From contig NC_058368.1 of assembly GCF_018350175.1 (NCBI RefSeq), positions 20,028,001 through 20,092,000 of the forward strand: DNA of 64,000 nucleotides, written 5' to 3'. The DNA comes from Felis catus. Lineage: Eukaryota. Positions 50,636 through 63,971 of this stretch are shown here, in pieces (within the stretch, counting starts at the first letter, position 1; each line of letters opens with the position of its first letter). The notes below the pieces were generated by a model that saw nothing but the letters and a program-made list of their open reading frames with translations, was not told the DNA's origin and ran no database searches. A program made the translations under genes and the position numbers.

Positions 50636-52459
50636 TTAAATTTAATTTTAAGTTTTAAATAATTAAGTTAAATTACTTTTAATTAATTTATAGCTTACCA
50701 AAAATTATAAGGGGTCCAATCAATAATAGAGTCTAATATCTAGTCTGTATCCCAGTTTCCCTAATTGTCTCACAAATGTTGACAGTTATTTGAATCAGAA
50801 TCCAAACACAGTTCATATATTACGTCTGATTGTTATGTATTTTTAATGAGAAGTTTCACAGAAGTTTAACAGAAATTTGGCTTCCTAATTCTTGCTTAAA
50901 AATTTTTAGAGAACTTATTGCCATATGGTGAATTAACACTGAAGTGAGAAAAAACATGGTACATGGAATAGGCATGCAATAAATAGGTGAGGCAAAGAAA
51001 GGCAGTTAGAATTGCAGACTTCTGAAAGTAAAACTTTCCCTGATTATGAAGAACTGTTACTGAGAAATCAAACATTTGGCCAAAGTCAACTTTTTAAAGA
51101 GAGGCATTGTATCATCTCGTAACTTATAATTGAAATGGAGATAATAATCAAAGGGAAATGCAGATGAAACACTGGTAGTCTTTGAATTATACTCTTCAAC
51201 TAAAGGTTAAACTAAAGGTTGAACTGAAGGTGCTAAACAGGCTATAAGAAATGACTGATGTTCTGCTTAATTTCTAAAAGCCAAACGGGATTCAGAAGAA
51301 CCTCTAGACCCAGTATGGAGAAGACACAGACTCAAACTATATGATCCTGAAACTCAAACTTAGTGGTATTGGAAGAAGAAAGGGTCATGGAGCTGTATAG
51401 ATAATTGTGTGCTGTTGTTGGGGGAAATTTTTATACACATTTAATGTTAACTTTTGCGGAACCAAAGAAATATGTTAAATTGATGATAGGCCTTAGAATC
51501 ATAAGTTATAAGTAATAGGTGTGTTGGAGGACTGAATGAGATGATTTAAGCAGGAGATTTAATTGAAAATCTGGTACAGAGTTTAGCAAGTGATGAATTG
51601 TCAGGCTGTTAACTTCCTGTGTGACTTGGGGCAGTATTTGCTATGAACAAGATGTCTTTAAATTTTTTTTTTTCTGCTTCTTGAAAAGTTTATTATTTTT
51701 AGGGGGTACAGTCTGTTTCCAGAAGATAAGGATATACATAACTTAGTGTAGGAAGTTTTTTGAAAAGTTTTCATACTTGAAGTATTAGGTGTTCTCAGTT
51801 ACCTAGAAAATAATGACCCTCATAATGATTCAGAAAGCCTTTACCTTTTTTTAAAGTTTCTTTACCAACATGCTTTTAAATTAAACTTCTGACCTAATAC
51901 TTTATAATTGATTATAGTTTTAATGTTGAATTCTTTATAATTTGAGACAGTCTTTAACAATTTTGAGTAGTTTTATGTTATTGTACATCTTTTAAGAGAA
52001 ATATTCTTTTCTGGTTGTGTGTGTATTTGAAATTTAGTTTTGTAGTTTGACAAAATTATGCTTTATATATTAAGTACTCTGGTCATTTTGAGCATGTTAA
52101 ATCATCACTTTAATAGCAGAGGTAGAGAAAGTGTCATGGCCTTAGGACATAACATATTGTATATTTTTTCATCTATAATTGTTTTTTATATCAGTCTCTT
52201 GCTTTTTTTTTGCTTTCATTAACTTGTTTCTTCCTCTCGTTCCTATTCCTTTTGCCATCAGTCACCCTGGGGCTTTTCTTAAACTATTACATTAGCTTCC
52301 TAATTTTTTATTTTTTTCAATCTGTCATACCATGGCAGTAATTATTCTAAAGCACACCACTTGAGTGCATTATTCTATTGTTCAAAATGTTTTATTGCTT
52401 TCTATCGTCTACTAGATTAGGACCCTTCACAGTTTAGCCAGTCGCCTTACTTATCCATA

Positions 52460-53725
52460 CATCATTTATTCATTCAGCCATATTTATTGAGTTTCTTCTA
52501 TGAACCAGACACTGTGCTAGGTTCTGAGGATCACATGATGAGTAAAAAACAAGCAGGAGCTCTGCCCTTCCCCCCGACCCCCCATTGGTCTAGTTGAGAA
52601 GACAAACATTAATAAAAATATCGTACAGATAAAAGTAAAATTGCAAGAATATATCCTGCAAAAAGAGAAAAATGTGCCATAAGAGCTTACAATAAGGGCA
52701 CACTAGTTCTAGTCAAGGAGGTCATGGAAAGTTAAGATCTGAAGAGGTGAGTAAGATTTACTACGCAAAAAGTGAGAAAGGTGATCATATCAGGTGGGGG
52801 GACTGTACAAAGACTCTTTTCCCAAAGGGAATATGTTTTGAGAACAAGGCTAGAAAAGACTAATGTGACTTAGAGCGTTAAAGAAAAGGGATCATTGTAT
52901 AAAATGGAAAAGAAGCTTGGGTTTGACCACATAAGGGGCTTTGAAGCAATGGCAAGTAATGTTATTACAGTATAAAAGCAATAGGAGGCCATCCAAGGGT
53001 TTTATTTGGAGGTACTCGGTGGAGGAGAGGAAGACAAATGGATGTTGGAAGACCATTTAGGCTTTGTTGCATCAGTTCTGCCAATAGCTTAGCCAAGGAA
53101 CTTGGTGATGGTGGAAGAGATAGAAAGAAGCAGTCATTTTCAGAAGTAGTTAGAAGGCTAAATCAACCAAATTTGCTTACACATAGTACATTTGAAGATG
53201 TAAGGAAGAGGGAATTGACTCCTTGCAATATTGGAGAGATTATGGTACCATTCATTGAGCTAGGAAATGTTGAAAGAGTATCATTTTGGGTGGAAGAAAA
53301 TCACGAGTTCAGTTTTGAACATGTTGAGTTTAAGGTACCTTTGACCCATTCAAGGGGAAGGTGGTTAAGTAGACAGAATATTTGGTGCTCAGAAGAAAGA
53401 TCTAGGCTGGGCATCTGAAAATGTTTAATATTATCAGAGTATAGATAGTAAACGAAGCTGTGGGTAGGTGGGTTGAAGGTTTAGAGTATAAATTGGCCAA
53501 GGCTTAAAACTAAGCCTTGAGGATCTGTTGCATTTAATGGTATTGGAGGTTTAGTCTGGGTTGTGGGTGAGGGAGGAAGACGGAAGAACAGCCAGAGGAG
53601 GAAAACCAGGAGAATATTCTAGAGTGAAAGGGAAAGGAAGAGTGTCTTTCTAAAGAGTTGTAAATAGTTTTTTGAATGCTGGTGGGGGGAAGCTAAATGT
53701 GAAAACTCTCCACTAGATTTAATGG
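52460..53725 (-). mobile_element. LINE-2 3' region
   Basis: tcatttattcattcagccatatttattgag..ccagacactgtgctagg; gagttcagttttgaacatgttgagtttaagg; explains ORF 53038-53418. Confidence 0.82.
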
Positions 53726-53729
53726 CACC

Positions 53730-54080
53730 ATTATCTATTTCTGTGTAACAAATCATCATACATTTTAGAGGCTTGAAACAACAGTTTATTATTCTCAAGA
53801 TCCTGTGGGTTGACTTCATTCAGCTGGGTGCATAACTGGGGCTGGAACACTGAAGATGGTGTTTTCCTAAGTCTGGGGCCTTGGTTCTCGCTGTTGCCTG
53901 GGCACTTTGCTGCTTGTCCCTGTGGCTTCTATCTCCACGTGATGTCTCATTAGTCAGTGGTCTAGTTCAAGCTTCTTCATGTGGTGGCTGGCTCCCGAGA
54001 GGGTGATAGCGAAACTGTGAGGCCTGTTAAGACTTAGGACTGGCACGCTTTCCACACTTGTCATTTACCACAATGACCAA
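53730..54080 (-). mobile_element. MLT1-like MaLR LTR
   Basis: tctatttctgtgtaacaaatca..ggcttgaaacaaca..tttattattctc..ctgtgggttgac..cagctggg. Confidence 0.7.
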
Positions 54081-55245
54081 AAAAAAAAAAAAAAAAAGAA
54101 AAGAAAAAGATCATGGGTGACTTAGTGTGAGAATTGTTTTAGTGGACTGAAGAGACTAGGGAATGACTAGCAGTTGAAGAAAAAGTTCTTTGCATTCCTT
54201 TATATTTCCTCTAAACTTGACCCAAAATCGGCTCTAATTTCCTGAATGCTTCTGGTTTCTTTCCCCACGTGCTCACTTTCCCTGAATGTTGTTCCTGTCT
54301 CCCCCATATTAAAACCTTACTCGTTCTTAAAGGCTTTCTTAAAATCTTCAGTTTCTGTCCCTTGTACTTTACTCTTGGAGTGTGAGATCAAAAAATTTTG
54401 CAAGAAATGATACATGGTCACAGTCTTCGTATTTCTGAATAAGGCAAGAATTTGGTGGTTATATTCTGTGTAGGCCTCAGTGAAGTATGTCCATATGTAA
54501 ATTCTCATTATGAGTATTGTACACTAAGTTAGGTGGAGTACTTCTTATGTCTTCAACGTATGGAATGGTTGTTTCTCCATCCCCTGCTGTAGGTGCCACA
54601 CAGGTTTTGCAGCTCATGTCTTTGTGTCCTTTCTGTGTTGAGCACATACAAGGGTCATAGAGATTAAGTACATACATGGCAAGAGAATCATCTTTCCAGC
54701 CTTGGAGGTGAGACTCCTTGGCTCTGTGACCCGCCACAAACATTACCATAGAGTCTGTGTTGTGTGTCTTCATCTCTATCCATAAGTGCGTTGCAGTGGG
54801 GGGAGTACAGGTCTTCCTATTGGCAGGACTCGGAGGTGCTCGGGTTCTCATTGCTGCCCTCACTCTGCCCCCCCCCCCCCCTTATTCTTGTGCTTTTCCT
54901 TAGGCTGTAGGACCTCATTGATTTCATTGGACAAGTACTATGATGGGGGGTGGGGGACACAGAAAAGAATAAGATCCCTGACCCTGCCCTCTCTCAAACT
55001 GGTGAGATTGGTAAATAGGTTATTAAAACATAAGGTGGGAAGTATTATTAAAGGACATATTATTTGAATTACTTCAGTAACAGGACCAGGCGGCAGAATA
55101 TCTAAGTAAGTGCAAGGGGAAACCACCTAAGTGTTGGTACAGATTCGTCAGTCTTGGCTCTCATCGTCGGCTCTGGTGTGGTCCTCATCCAGGAGCCAGT
55201 TAGGCTGTGTGCCGGGAAGATCTGCTTGATTCCTGAATTAAAGAT

Positions 55246-55471
55246 TTTTTTTTTTTAATTTTTTTTTTTAACGTTTTATTCATTTTTGAGACAGAGAGAC
55301 AGAGCATGAATGGGGGAGGGGCAGAGAGAGAGGGAGACACAGAATCGGAAGCAGGCTCCAGGCTCTGAGCCATCAGCCCAGAGCCCGACGCGGGGCTCGA
55401 ACTCACGGACCGCGAGATCGTGACCTGAGCCGAAGTCGGCCGCCCAACTGACTGAGCCACCCAGGCGCCCC
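55246..55471 (-). mobile_element. Young felid SINEC_Fc-type insertion
   Basis: CpG-rich full body; flanks aaagat(t/g)tttt. Confidence 0.95.
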
Positions 55472-55874
55472 AAAGATGTTTTAACAATAAATGTTTTATC
55501 TTCTTTAACTGTTTGTTAACTTTGTTAACTTTTATTTTTTACATTCTGCACGTTTAAAGAATAAGTAGTAATGTGTAAGAATTCTGGTTATCTGAGGTTT
55601 TATAGTAGTTTTTCTTAAGGTGAGCCAGCTAAAATGTCTCAAATATTATTTGGCTTTGGTATAGTTCTTATTAAATCTTGACACAGTGCCATGCTTTAGT
55701 AGGTGCTCAGTGCGAAGTTAAGCCTTAGTCCATTCTTAGCACAGTCACAAATAATTACAGTCTGAACTGTGATCAAACACAAAACAATTGAATAAAGGAA
55801 AAATTGTACTTTTATAACGAAGTTTGAGCAGGACTAATGATGAACTATCACCTACCTAATCTGCCTTTTACTTT

Positions 55875-56066
55875 TATTTTTTTAACTTTTTTTTTGGTGA
55901 GTTTACTTATTTGAGGGGAAGGGGTGGAGAGAGAGGGAACCTCAAGCAGGCTCCTCACAGTCAGCACAGAGCCCGACATGGGACTTGAACTCACGAACTG
56001 TGAGATCATGACCTGAGCTGAAGTCAAGAATTGGATGCCTAGCCGACTGAGCCACCCAGGTGCCCC
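55875..56066 (-). mobile_element. Older carnivore SINE
   Basis: Body with imperfect TSD tgccttttactttt / tgcccttgactttt. Confidence 0.88.
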
Positions 56067-56486
56067 TGCCCTTGACTTTTTATATCTATGGAGAAATAAA
56101 TTTTGTTCTTTTTAAATAAGTTCAGGAAAGATTCAGAGGTGAAAAGGCAGGCAAGGCAGGAAGATAGATGTCCAAAGGAAAGAGGGAAAATAGAGCAGTC
56201 TTCCTAAATTTAAGTTGGAGTTCTGTTTTCTGTCAGCTACCAAGATAATTACAAAAATGTCTGTAATGGTGGTATCAGTGAAATGAATCATTTAAAATAA
56301 TATAGAAAACCTCAATTGTATACAAGTAAAAATAAAACTTTGTTAGTATAAACAATAATTTTCTTTGTTAGTCCATTAGACTGAAATTTGCCAAGTATAA
56401 TTTTATGAAGACCCTAATAAAGACCAATACCATGATTATGGAAAAATTTTTGTATTGTTAAATTGAGCATGATTTATCCAATTCTT

Positions 56487-56713
56487 TTTTTTAATTTTTT
56501 TTTTCCAACGTTTATTTATTTTTTGGGGAGAGAGACAGAGCATGAACGGGGGGGGGGGGGGGGCAGAGAGAGAGGGAGACACAGAACCGGAAACAGGCTC
56601 CAGGCTCTGAGCCATCAGCCCAGAGCCCGACGCGGGGCTCGAACTCACGGACTGCGAGATCGTGACCTGAGCTGAAGTCGGACGCTTAACCGACTGCGCC
56701 ACCCAAGCGCCCC
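56487..56713 (-). mobile_element. Young felid SINEC_Fc-type insertion
   Basis: Perfect 16-bp TSD gatttatccaattctt (56471-56486, 56714-56729). Confidence 0.95.
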
Positions 56714-57263
56714 GATTTATCCAATTCTTAAAACTTGCAGTCCTTAGATGCTCTCAACTTGATTATACAGCAGGGATTATTTGAAAATAGTATGTATTCT
56801 CCAAGCTGATTTCTCTTGACATGGAATTTTATATTACAACTTATCTCTACAGCAGGGATAGTAATAGTACCTACCGTGTTGTTTTGTTATAAATATTATA
56901 TGAAAAGCCCATAGAATGGTGTTTGGCACATAGTAAGTGCTCAATATGCTAGCTATTAATTATTGTGTATTTTTATTGTTATTCTCATGTATTTGAGAAT
57001 TGGGAGAGAACAGCAAAAGGGAGAGAGTATATTGCTGTCTCTCTCCATTGGATAAAAGAGTAACTAGGGGAAAAGCATAGGACGCTTTATAAAAACAATA
57101 TAAATTGTTTATAGGATATACTGATTAGTGGCTTAAAATCACTAGATTTTTAAATGGATGGTTCAAAATTTTTTTCTAAAAGTACTTATTTTCATAATTA
57201 AAGTTTTTTTTCATTTAATAAATTAGTTTTTTTAAATATGGATATTCCAACACTTGATTTTTA

Positions 57264-57761
57264 TTTTTTTCCTATTCTGTGATAATGGGACTACTTATTC
57301 AATTCTTAATTTAAATTCTAGTTAGTTAGCATACAGTGCAATATTGGTTTCAGGAGAATTCAGTGATTCATCACTTACAACACCCAGTGCTCATTACAAG
57401 TGGCCTCCTTAATACTTATCTCACCCATCCCCCAACCACCCCCTCTATCAACCCTCAGTTTGTTTTCTATCATTGTGAGCTTATGGTTTCTCTCTCTCTC
57501 ACCCCTCTTATATGTTCATCTGTTTTGTTTCTTAAACTCCACATATGAGTGAAATCATATGGTATTTGACTTTTTCTGACTGACTAATATTGTTTACCAT
57601 CATACACTCTAGCTCCATCCACATCATTGCAAATGGCAAGATTTCATTCTTTTTGATGGCTGAGTAATATTCCATTGTATAGATATAACACATCTTCCTT
57701 ATCCATTCATCACTCGATGACACTTGGGCTCTTTCCATAGTTTGGCTATTGTTGATAATGT
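57264..57761 (-). mobile_element. 5'-truncated carnivore-lineage L1 3' end
   Basis: Minus-strand ORF2 C-terminus DEWIRKMCYIYTMEYYSAIKKNEILPFA; perfect TSD caacacttgattttta (57248-57263, 57762-57777). Confidence 0.92.
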
Positions 57762-58102
57762 CAACACTTGATTTTTAAAAATGTAGATTATGGTTTCAAT
57801 AATTATTATTGATTATGATTCAATAATGATGTGTTCTCTCTCAAAATAAAATCTTAAAACAATTTTAAAAATTTAGTGAATGAAAGAACATTGTACTCAG
57901 TGTTAACTTTCTTCCCTCTTCCTCATCCCCACCCCATCATGAATTTTGTCTGTAGCTTTTTAGTTCATTTTTATTTCTTTTGCTACATGCACATGTTAAA
58001 CATATGTAAAAAAGGCCAAGTACTTGTTTAACAGTGCATACAAATGCTTTTCTATGTATGCCATTTTGCATCTTGCTTTCTTTTCATCTGATACTGTTTT
58101 GA

Positions 58103-59133
58103 TTCACAAATAGACTCACACTTGTAGTGTCGCCCAATGTAAGAACAAGATGGTATTTTGGAACAGCAGAGAAAAGATGTTCTTTTCAATAGCATGTCAT
58201 TTGGATATCCATGTGAGAAAAAAAAAATCCACCTTCATTTCTACCTTATATAACAAACTCAATTCCAGGTGTATTTCAGGTTTCAATGTAAGTGGTAAAA
58301 TAATAAAGCTTTTAGGAAATAGAAGAACATTTTCATGATCTTTGAGGGCACAACAAGTACTAACTATGGAAGAAAAATAAGATATTAAGATATAACTTAA
58401 TAAAAATAAGATCTTATAATAAATTTATAAAAAGCTACCACTAGAATAGTAAAAGAGGTCACAAAGTGGGAGAAGATCTTTACAATATGTATATCTAACA
58501 AGGGACTCATTCAGAATATATTAATAATTTTTCAAATCAATAAAAAAAGGCAGGTAACTCAATTTTTAAAAAGTAGACAGAAGACATTAACAGGCACTTC
58601 ACAAAAGAGCACCTTTGCTCCTAGGTATATACCAACAGAAATGCATACTTAATGTTTTTCATAAATACATGCTTTAATTTCATAGTTGTACTGTTTATAA
58701 TATACCCAAACTAGAAACAACCTAAGTGCTTATCAACAAAAAAGTAGATAAATTCCAGTACATATTCTCTCTCTATCCCTCTTTCCTTCTGTCTCTCTCT
58801 CAGACTCACACACTATATGGCAGTGGGAATGAATGATCTACACTTATATGCAGCAGTATGAATCTCACCCCCATAATATTGAATGGAAGGAGCTATAAAC
58901 CAGAGAGACCATATTCTATAATTCCATTTATATAAAGTTCAAAATCAAGAAAAACTGATCAATTAGAGAGGGATAATGACTGGAGGGGGCATAAATTAGT
59001 AAGGTTCTGTTTCTTGATGTAAATGCTAATTACACAAGGACATTCAACTTGTGAAAATATATCAAGCTGTCCATACATGATTTATGTTATTTTACGTATG
59101 CATGCATGAATTGTATGTATTTTATATTAAAAA
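58103..59133 (+). mobile_element. Old L1 fragment (+) inserted in an older minus-strand L1 (~57900-59680)
   Basis: ttggatatccatgtgagaaaa; aacaggcacttcacaaaagag; ctagaaacaacctaagtg; flanks atactgttttga / atattgttttga. Confidence 0.78.
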
Positions 59134-60125
59134 ATATTGTTTTGAGATTTATTCATATTGGATCTTAGAGGTCTCATTTATTCATTTCAACTCTGGTTTA
59201 TAAACAGACCACAGTTTATTTATTGATTCCTTTACTGGACTTCTAGGTTTCCTGTTTTCCTGTTTCAAATAATGTTGTAGACAGTATTCTTTTACATGGC
59301 TTCTTGTAAAAATATATGAGAGTTTCTCTAAGACGTATAACTAGAAGTGGCATTAGTGGGTCCTAGTGTACGCTCAACTTTAGCTTACCAGATATTATCA
59401 AATTATTTTCCAAAATGATTGTATGTAGGAGTGATGGAAAGTTCCCATTGCTATATATACTTGTCATCACTTTTGTCAACCTTTAAAATTTTGCTAATAC
59501 GATGGGTGTGAAATGGTATCTCCTCAGTATTGTAATTTGTATTATGTGGCCATATGGATTTTCTCAGGGTTCCCCTCCCCCCCCCCCCATTTTTCACTGT
59601 TGGGAAATAACCTGTTCATAATTTTGTACATTTTTTATGGTTAATTTTAACATTTTTCTTGATTTATGTGCAATTTGCCTTGATTCTCAAAGTCCATATA
59701 TTGAGCGAGACCTCCATTTGTGATTTTAACACATTGCTAGAATTTCAGCTGTAGACTTTAGCTTTGGAGTAGTAATTCAACCTTCCTAAGAATATTTTTC
59801 CTTCAGGCCCTTTGTCCTGTCCCTGTTTGCCTGCCATTGCTCCTTCCAGTTTTACTAGCACATTTCAGCTATATGGGCTTTTTTATCCCTCTTCTTTGTT
59901 GATGAGAAAGGGTAGTTGTGATATGGGGAAGGGGAAATGATAATTAGAAAAATGAATAAAAATTTGACAAGTTTATAAAATTAATATAACTATGTATAAA
60001 ATATGGTTATGACCATTTTTAGTTGTTTGATTTATGTATTTGAAATAAATTCCAGCTCTGGCATTCTACAAAGGCCAGTTATTTCGTTGTGTATTGTCTC
60101 CCTTGTAGATGCTTATCATTATCTG

Positions 60126-60126
<1 letters not shown>

Positions 60127-60166
<40 letters not shown>
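60127..60166 (+). repeat. (TG)n microsatellite
   Basis: Read directly. Confidence 0.95.
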
Positions 60167-60167
<1 letters not shown>

Positions 60168-61030
60168 AGGGGCAGGAAGAGAGGGAGAGAGATTATTACC
60201 TGATGAGTTTCGTGTGTATGTGTATATAGTTTGTGGTCTGTCGGTGTACTGTCTGCTGCTTATATATGAGGTCTGTGCAGTGCTGTTATCCACTGGATTC
60301 TTGAGACAATTCCATGTATTCATGACATCCAGAGTAATTCTGTTAACAGTTCAAAACCCTCTTCCTCCAGTGCCACTTGTGCTTTGATGTTTTTGTGATC
60401 TTAGAGAGAAAATGACCAAGCACCAAATCGTTGTGCTTCCCAGGTACAGAGGTAACTGGTCTGGAGTAAAGGAGCTGATAGAAATAGGCTTTTCCTTTTT
60501 GTCTTCTTGGCAGCGTGGTAATATTAGCAAGGGCTTGGAGTTCCTGAACTGTTTTCCGAGAGTCACGGAGCCTTTGAGGTTAGGGAACCTTCATCACAGA
60601 ACATCCTGGCCCAGATTTCTTCAACATTCCTTACTGCCACTGACTTCTGCTTTAAGTAGGATCAGTGCCAGAGGAGAAGCTCATGACTCCTGGCCATGGT
60701 CACAAAACCTTGGCTGATTTCGATCCTGCAGCATATTCTCTTGGCATGAACCTTTCGGAGAGAGGTGCCAGTTTAGCAGGGCTTCACTAGGAATTCTCTT
60801 CCTAGAATAGAATCTGATTTTTTTTTTTTGTAATGGTTTAATGTAACTCATGAAGAAACTTGAGTCTTAAGTCAGTGTAGAATGACTTAAATTCCTAATT
60901 TATCAAGATTAGAAATCTTCTTTGTTAAGAAATAAGAAAGGCTGTAAACAATACAATTAAGTTCGCTGTATGACCAAAGCAGTATAAACTTTGGCAGTTA
61001 ATTTAGAGGTGTTGATTTAAAGTGTTTTCT

Positions 61031-61242
61031 GGGGGCCCCTGGGTGGCTCAGTCGGTTAAATGTCCAACTTTGGCTCAGGTCATGATCTCGTGGTTTGGGA
61101 GTTTGAGTCCCGCTCAGGTTCTGTGCTGATGGGTCAGAGCCCGGAGCCTTCTTTGGATTTTGTGTCTCCCTCTCTCTCTGCCCCTCCCCTGCTCGTAGTG
61201 TCTCTCTGTCAAAAATAAAACATTAAGAAAAAATTAAAAAAT
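61031..61242 (+). mobile_element. Felid-type SINEC
   Basis: Full body; TSD aagtgttttctg. Confidence 0.93.
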
Positions 61243-62525
61243 TAAGTGTTTTCTGTATTTTAGAGAAAACTCTAAATAAATCCTGAGTATGCTGATCCCA
61301 GGCTTTATTTTTCTATAAATTATATAAGTAATAAAGATTTTTTTCCCTAAGCACCATGTCATTTTCACACTTAAAAAATTAATAATTCCAGTAATATTAT
61401 TCCAAATTTCCCCAATTGTCTCGAAATCTTTGCTTTTGATTGCTTCATTTTATCTATAATATTCCACCAGCTCTCCCCACTCCCCACTCTTTGCGTTTTC
61501 AGGCCATTGATTTATTGGAGAAATCAGGTCCTCCTCTGCCCTGTAGGTTGTCCCACTTAATGGCTTTGACTTCTTGCTTCTTGGGGTGGTATTTAACTTG
61601 ATCCCCTCTCCCCAGTAGTCCCTGTAAACTGGTATTTAGAATGAAAGGCTTGATTAGGTTCAGCCTAGTTTTCCCTTTCCCCTTTTCTTTCCTTTCAGTG
61701 TTACGCACTTGCTATTGGGTGACTTCTTGATACATATTCTGTCTGGTTGTCCCCATTTGGTTACTCTAAGATTAATGTGTGGATTCTCTTGGTACTCTAT
61801 TACTCTTTTGGTGCAGAGGTGCCCATTAGAATTACTTCAAAGCTTTTGAAGATTCTGAAGAATCCTAGATTCTATTTTAGCAGGTCTGATGGGGTTGGGA
61901 AAACACATCTATTAAAAAACACATGGAGAAATAAAAACCCTCTACTTTTACTCAGATGTGGGAAGAATCATTATCTTTAATACATTTAACATGTAATTAG
62001 AGTGACAAAATTTACTTTTATGCAGGTGCTTTGGCGAATGTATGTTTTGTCACAAATAGAGCATAATTAAAATTATTAACTGGAGATGTTTGAGGCTGCT
62101 GTGGTGTAATAGAAAAAGCAGTGACTTGGACCCAGGTGGCCAAATCACTTACTCTCTGCAAGACATTGTTTTAATCTAGAAAACAGGAATAATAAGATAC
62201 TTGTGATAGGCTTGTTTTAATGATTAAATGAAATGATTTATTTGGAAGCAGTCCAGCACTTGGTGGTCAGTTGAATGGAAATCTGGAAAGCATTACAGTA
62301 ACAGATTTTTTTCAATCGAGGTCTTTAGAGTAAAAACTTAGGAGAATGAAGTAACTATGTCTCATGTGCTTATTTTAGCTGTATCTGTATAAGCTTTTGT
62401 TCTTGAGCTTGTTTTTTGAGTGATAGGAGACTCGTGATACATAGTTTTAATATACGTGTAATTAATGTGGCCTTTTGAGAAAAACATCATGTGGAAATCT
62501 TACCTTTTTCCCCCCTTATTTTCAG

Positions 62526-62709
62526 CTTCATTTACCTCTTAATTCTCCTTTGCCTGGAAGTGAATTGACCAAGGAACCTTTTCGTTGGGATCAGAGACTC
62601 TTTGCACTAGTGTTGCGGTTGCCTGGCACCATGTCAGTAGAATCAGAACAGTTGACAGGTGTGCCTTTAGATGACTCTGCGATCACACCAATGTGTGAAG
62701 TGACAGGCG
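62526..62709 (+). CDS. INTS6: INTS6 coding exon 5 (aa 144-204 plus 1 nt); gene continues past window end
   Basis: cccccttattttcag acceptor; LHLPLNSPLPGSELTKEPFRWDQRLFALVLRLPGTMSVESEQLTGVPLDDSAITPMCEVTG; donor GCG|GTAAGT; 184 nt, ends phase 1. Confidence 0.97.
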
Positions 62710-63899
62710 GTAAGTTTTTCTCCTGGCAGTAATCCAGTGAGTTAAGGCAGAGTTTGAATGTTTTAAAATGCACATTTCAAAAACTCCATGTTGTCGTTCA
62801 ACACGCTAATGGTAGGAATTAGTAGACCTACATGGTTTTAAAAATCCATTGATGAATGTCTGCGATCTGATTTGAATGGGGTTTAATACTGTTGGATCTG
62901 AAATGAGTGGTCTTTTTCTCTACCCATATAGAAAGTGCTGGTATTTGAAGTTGTTAAACTTTTTTTCTTCTCTATAAAGATTACCAGTATTTACAAGTGT
63001 GGCAGAATTATTTTCTGTGAAAAATGCAGAGAATTTTGAGAATCATCTCATCAACCATATAATGATCAATGCCTGGTTAAGTGCTGTTTTCCCTAGAGGC
63101 AAAGAGAAAGCTGGATAGCAGGTTAGAGGACCAGGTAGCGAGGTCTTACCCATCTGGTCCCTGTGTTAAGTGAACAGTAATGATACTCTTGAAAGAAAAT
63201 ATGTAACAGACTCACAACTTCTGTAATGTGGAATTGGTCAGCAGGTGGGTTAAATTCATACCGATAGGTATTGAGTGTCTACTGTGTATGAAACACTATC
63301 TTATGCTTTCAGACTTCAGTAGTGAGTATGACAGGCAACGGTATTCTTGCTTTCATGGAGCATTTTAGTTCTCACCTAAGGAATTTGATACTAAAATGTC
63401 CAGGTCTGGCATACCACTATTTCACCTGTGTCAGAGGCCTGTGACATTATTAGTCTCCAGACACAGTCATAGCCAGCTGTATCAGTTTAAAGGAAAATAT
63501 GAGATTTAATTAACATTTTAGGTACCTTTCTTCAATTCTGTGGGGAGTTTGGAAATCTGCAAAATTCACAGACAAAACAGGTACCCTACACAGATATGTA
63601 AAGTAGATAATTAGGAAGTTGTTTCCACATTATTAAATGTTCTTATTTATAGAAGTACTTTCTGGTGAACTCTTATAATTCTTTCAGTTTAATTTATATT
63701 AAAGAAAAAGTTATATACATACATCTTAAAGGGAAAACCTGTCTATCGAAATGTGAAAATTCACTGCTAACAATTCCTTGTGCATGAATAATATTTTTTC
63801 AGTGACAGCCCCAATTGTTCTATGGGTAGATTCACATTTGTATTCAGAAAAGTTTAGTTTTTAGCCTTGAACTGACTTACTTGCTAAAATCCTGATACA

Positions 63900-63971
63900 T
63901 CTCTCTATCTCTCTATCTATCTATCTATCTATCTACCTCTATATCTCTATACATAGATAGGTAGATAGATA
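63900..63971. repeat. (TCTA)n followed by inverted (TAGA)n simple repeat
   Basis: Read directly. Confidence 0.9.

Noticed and set aside
54477..54863. 128-aa minus-strand ORF
   Set aside because: No recognisable domain, poly(A) remnant or TSD suggesting a retrogene; length compatible with chance
14554..56702. Recurring ORFs such as MAQSVKRPTSAQV..., GRLGGSV... and ERERER...
   Set aside because: Translations of carnivore SINEs, not a gene family
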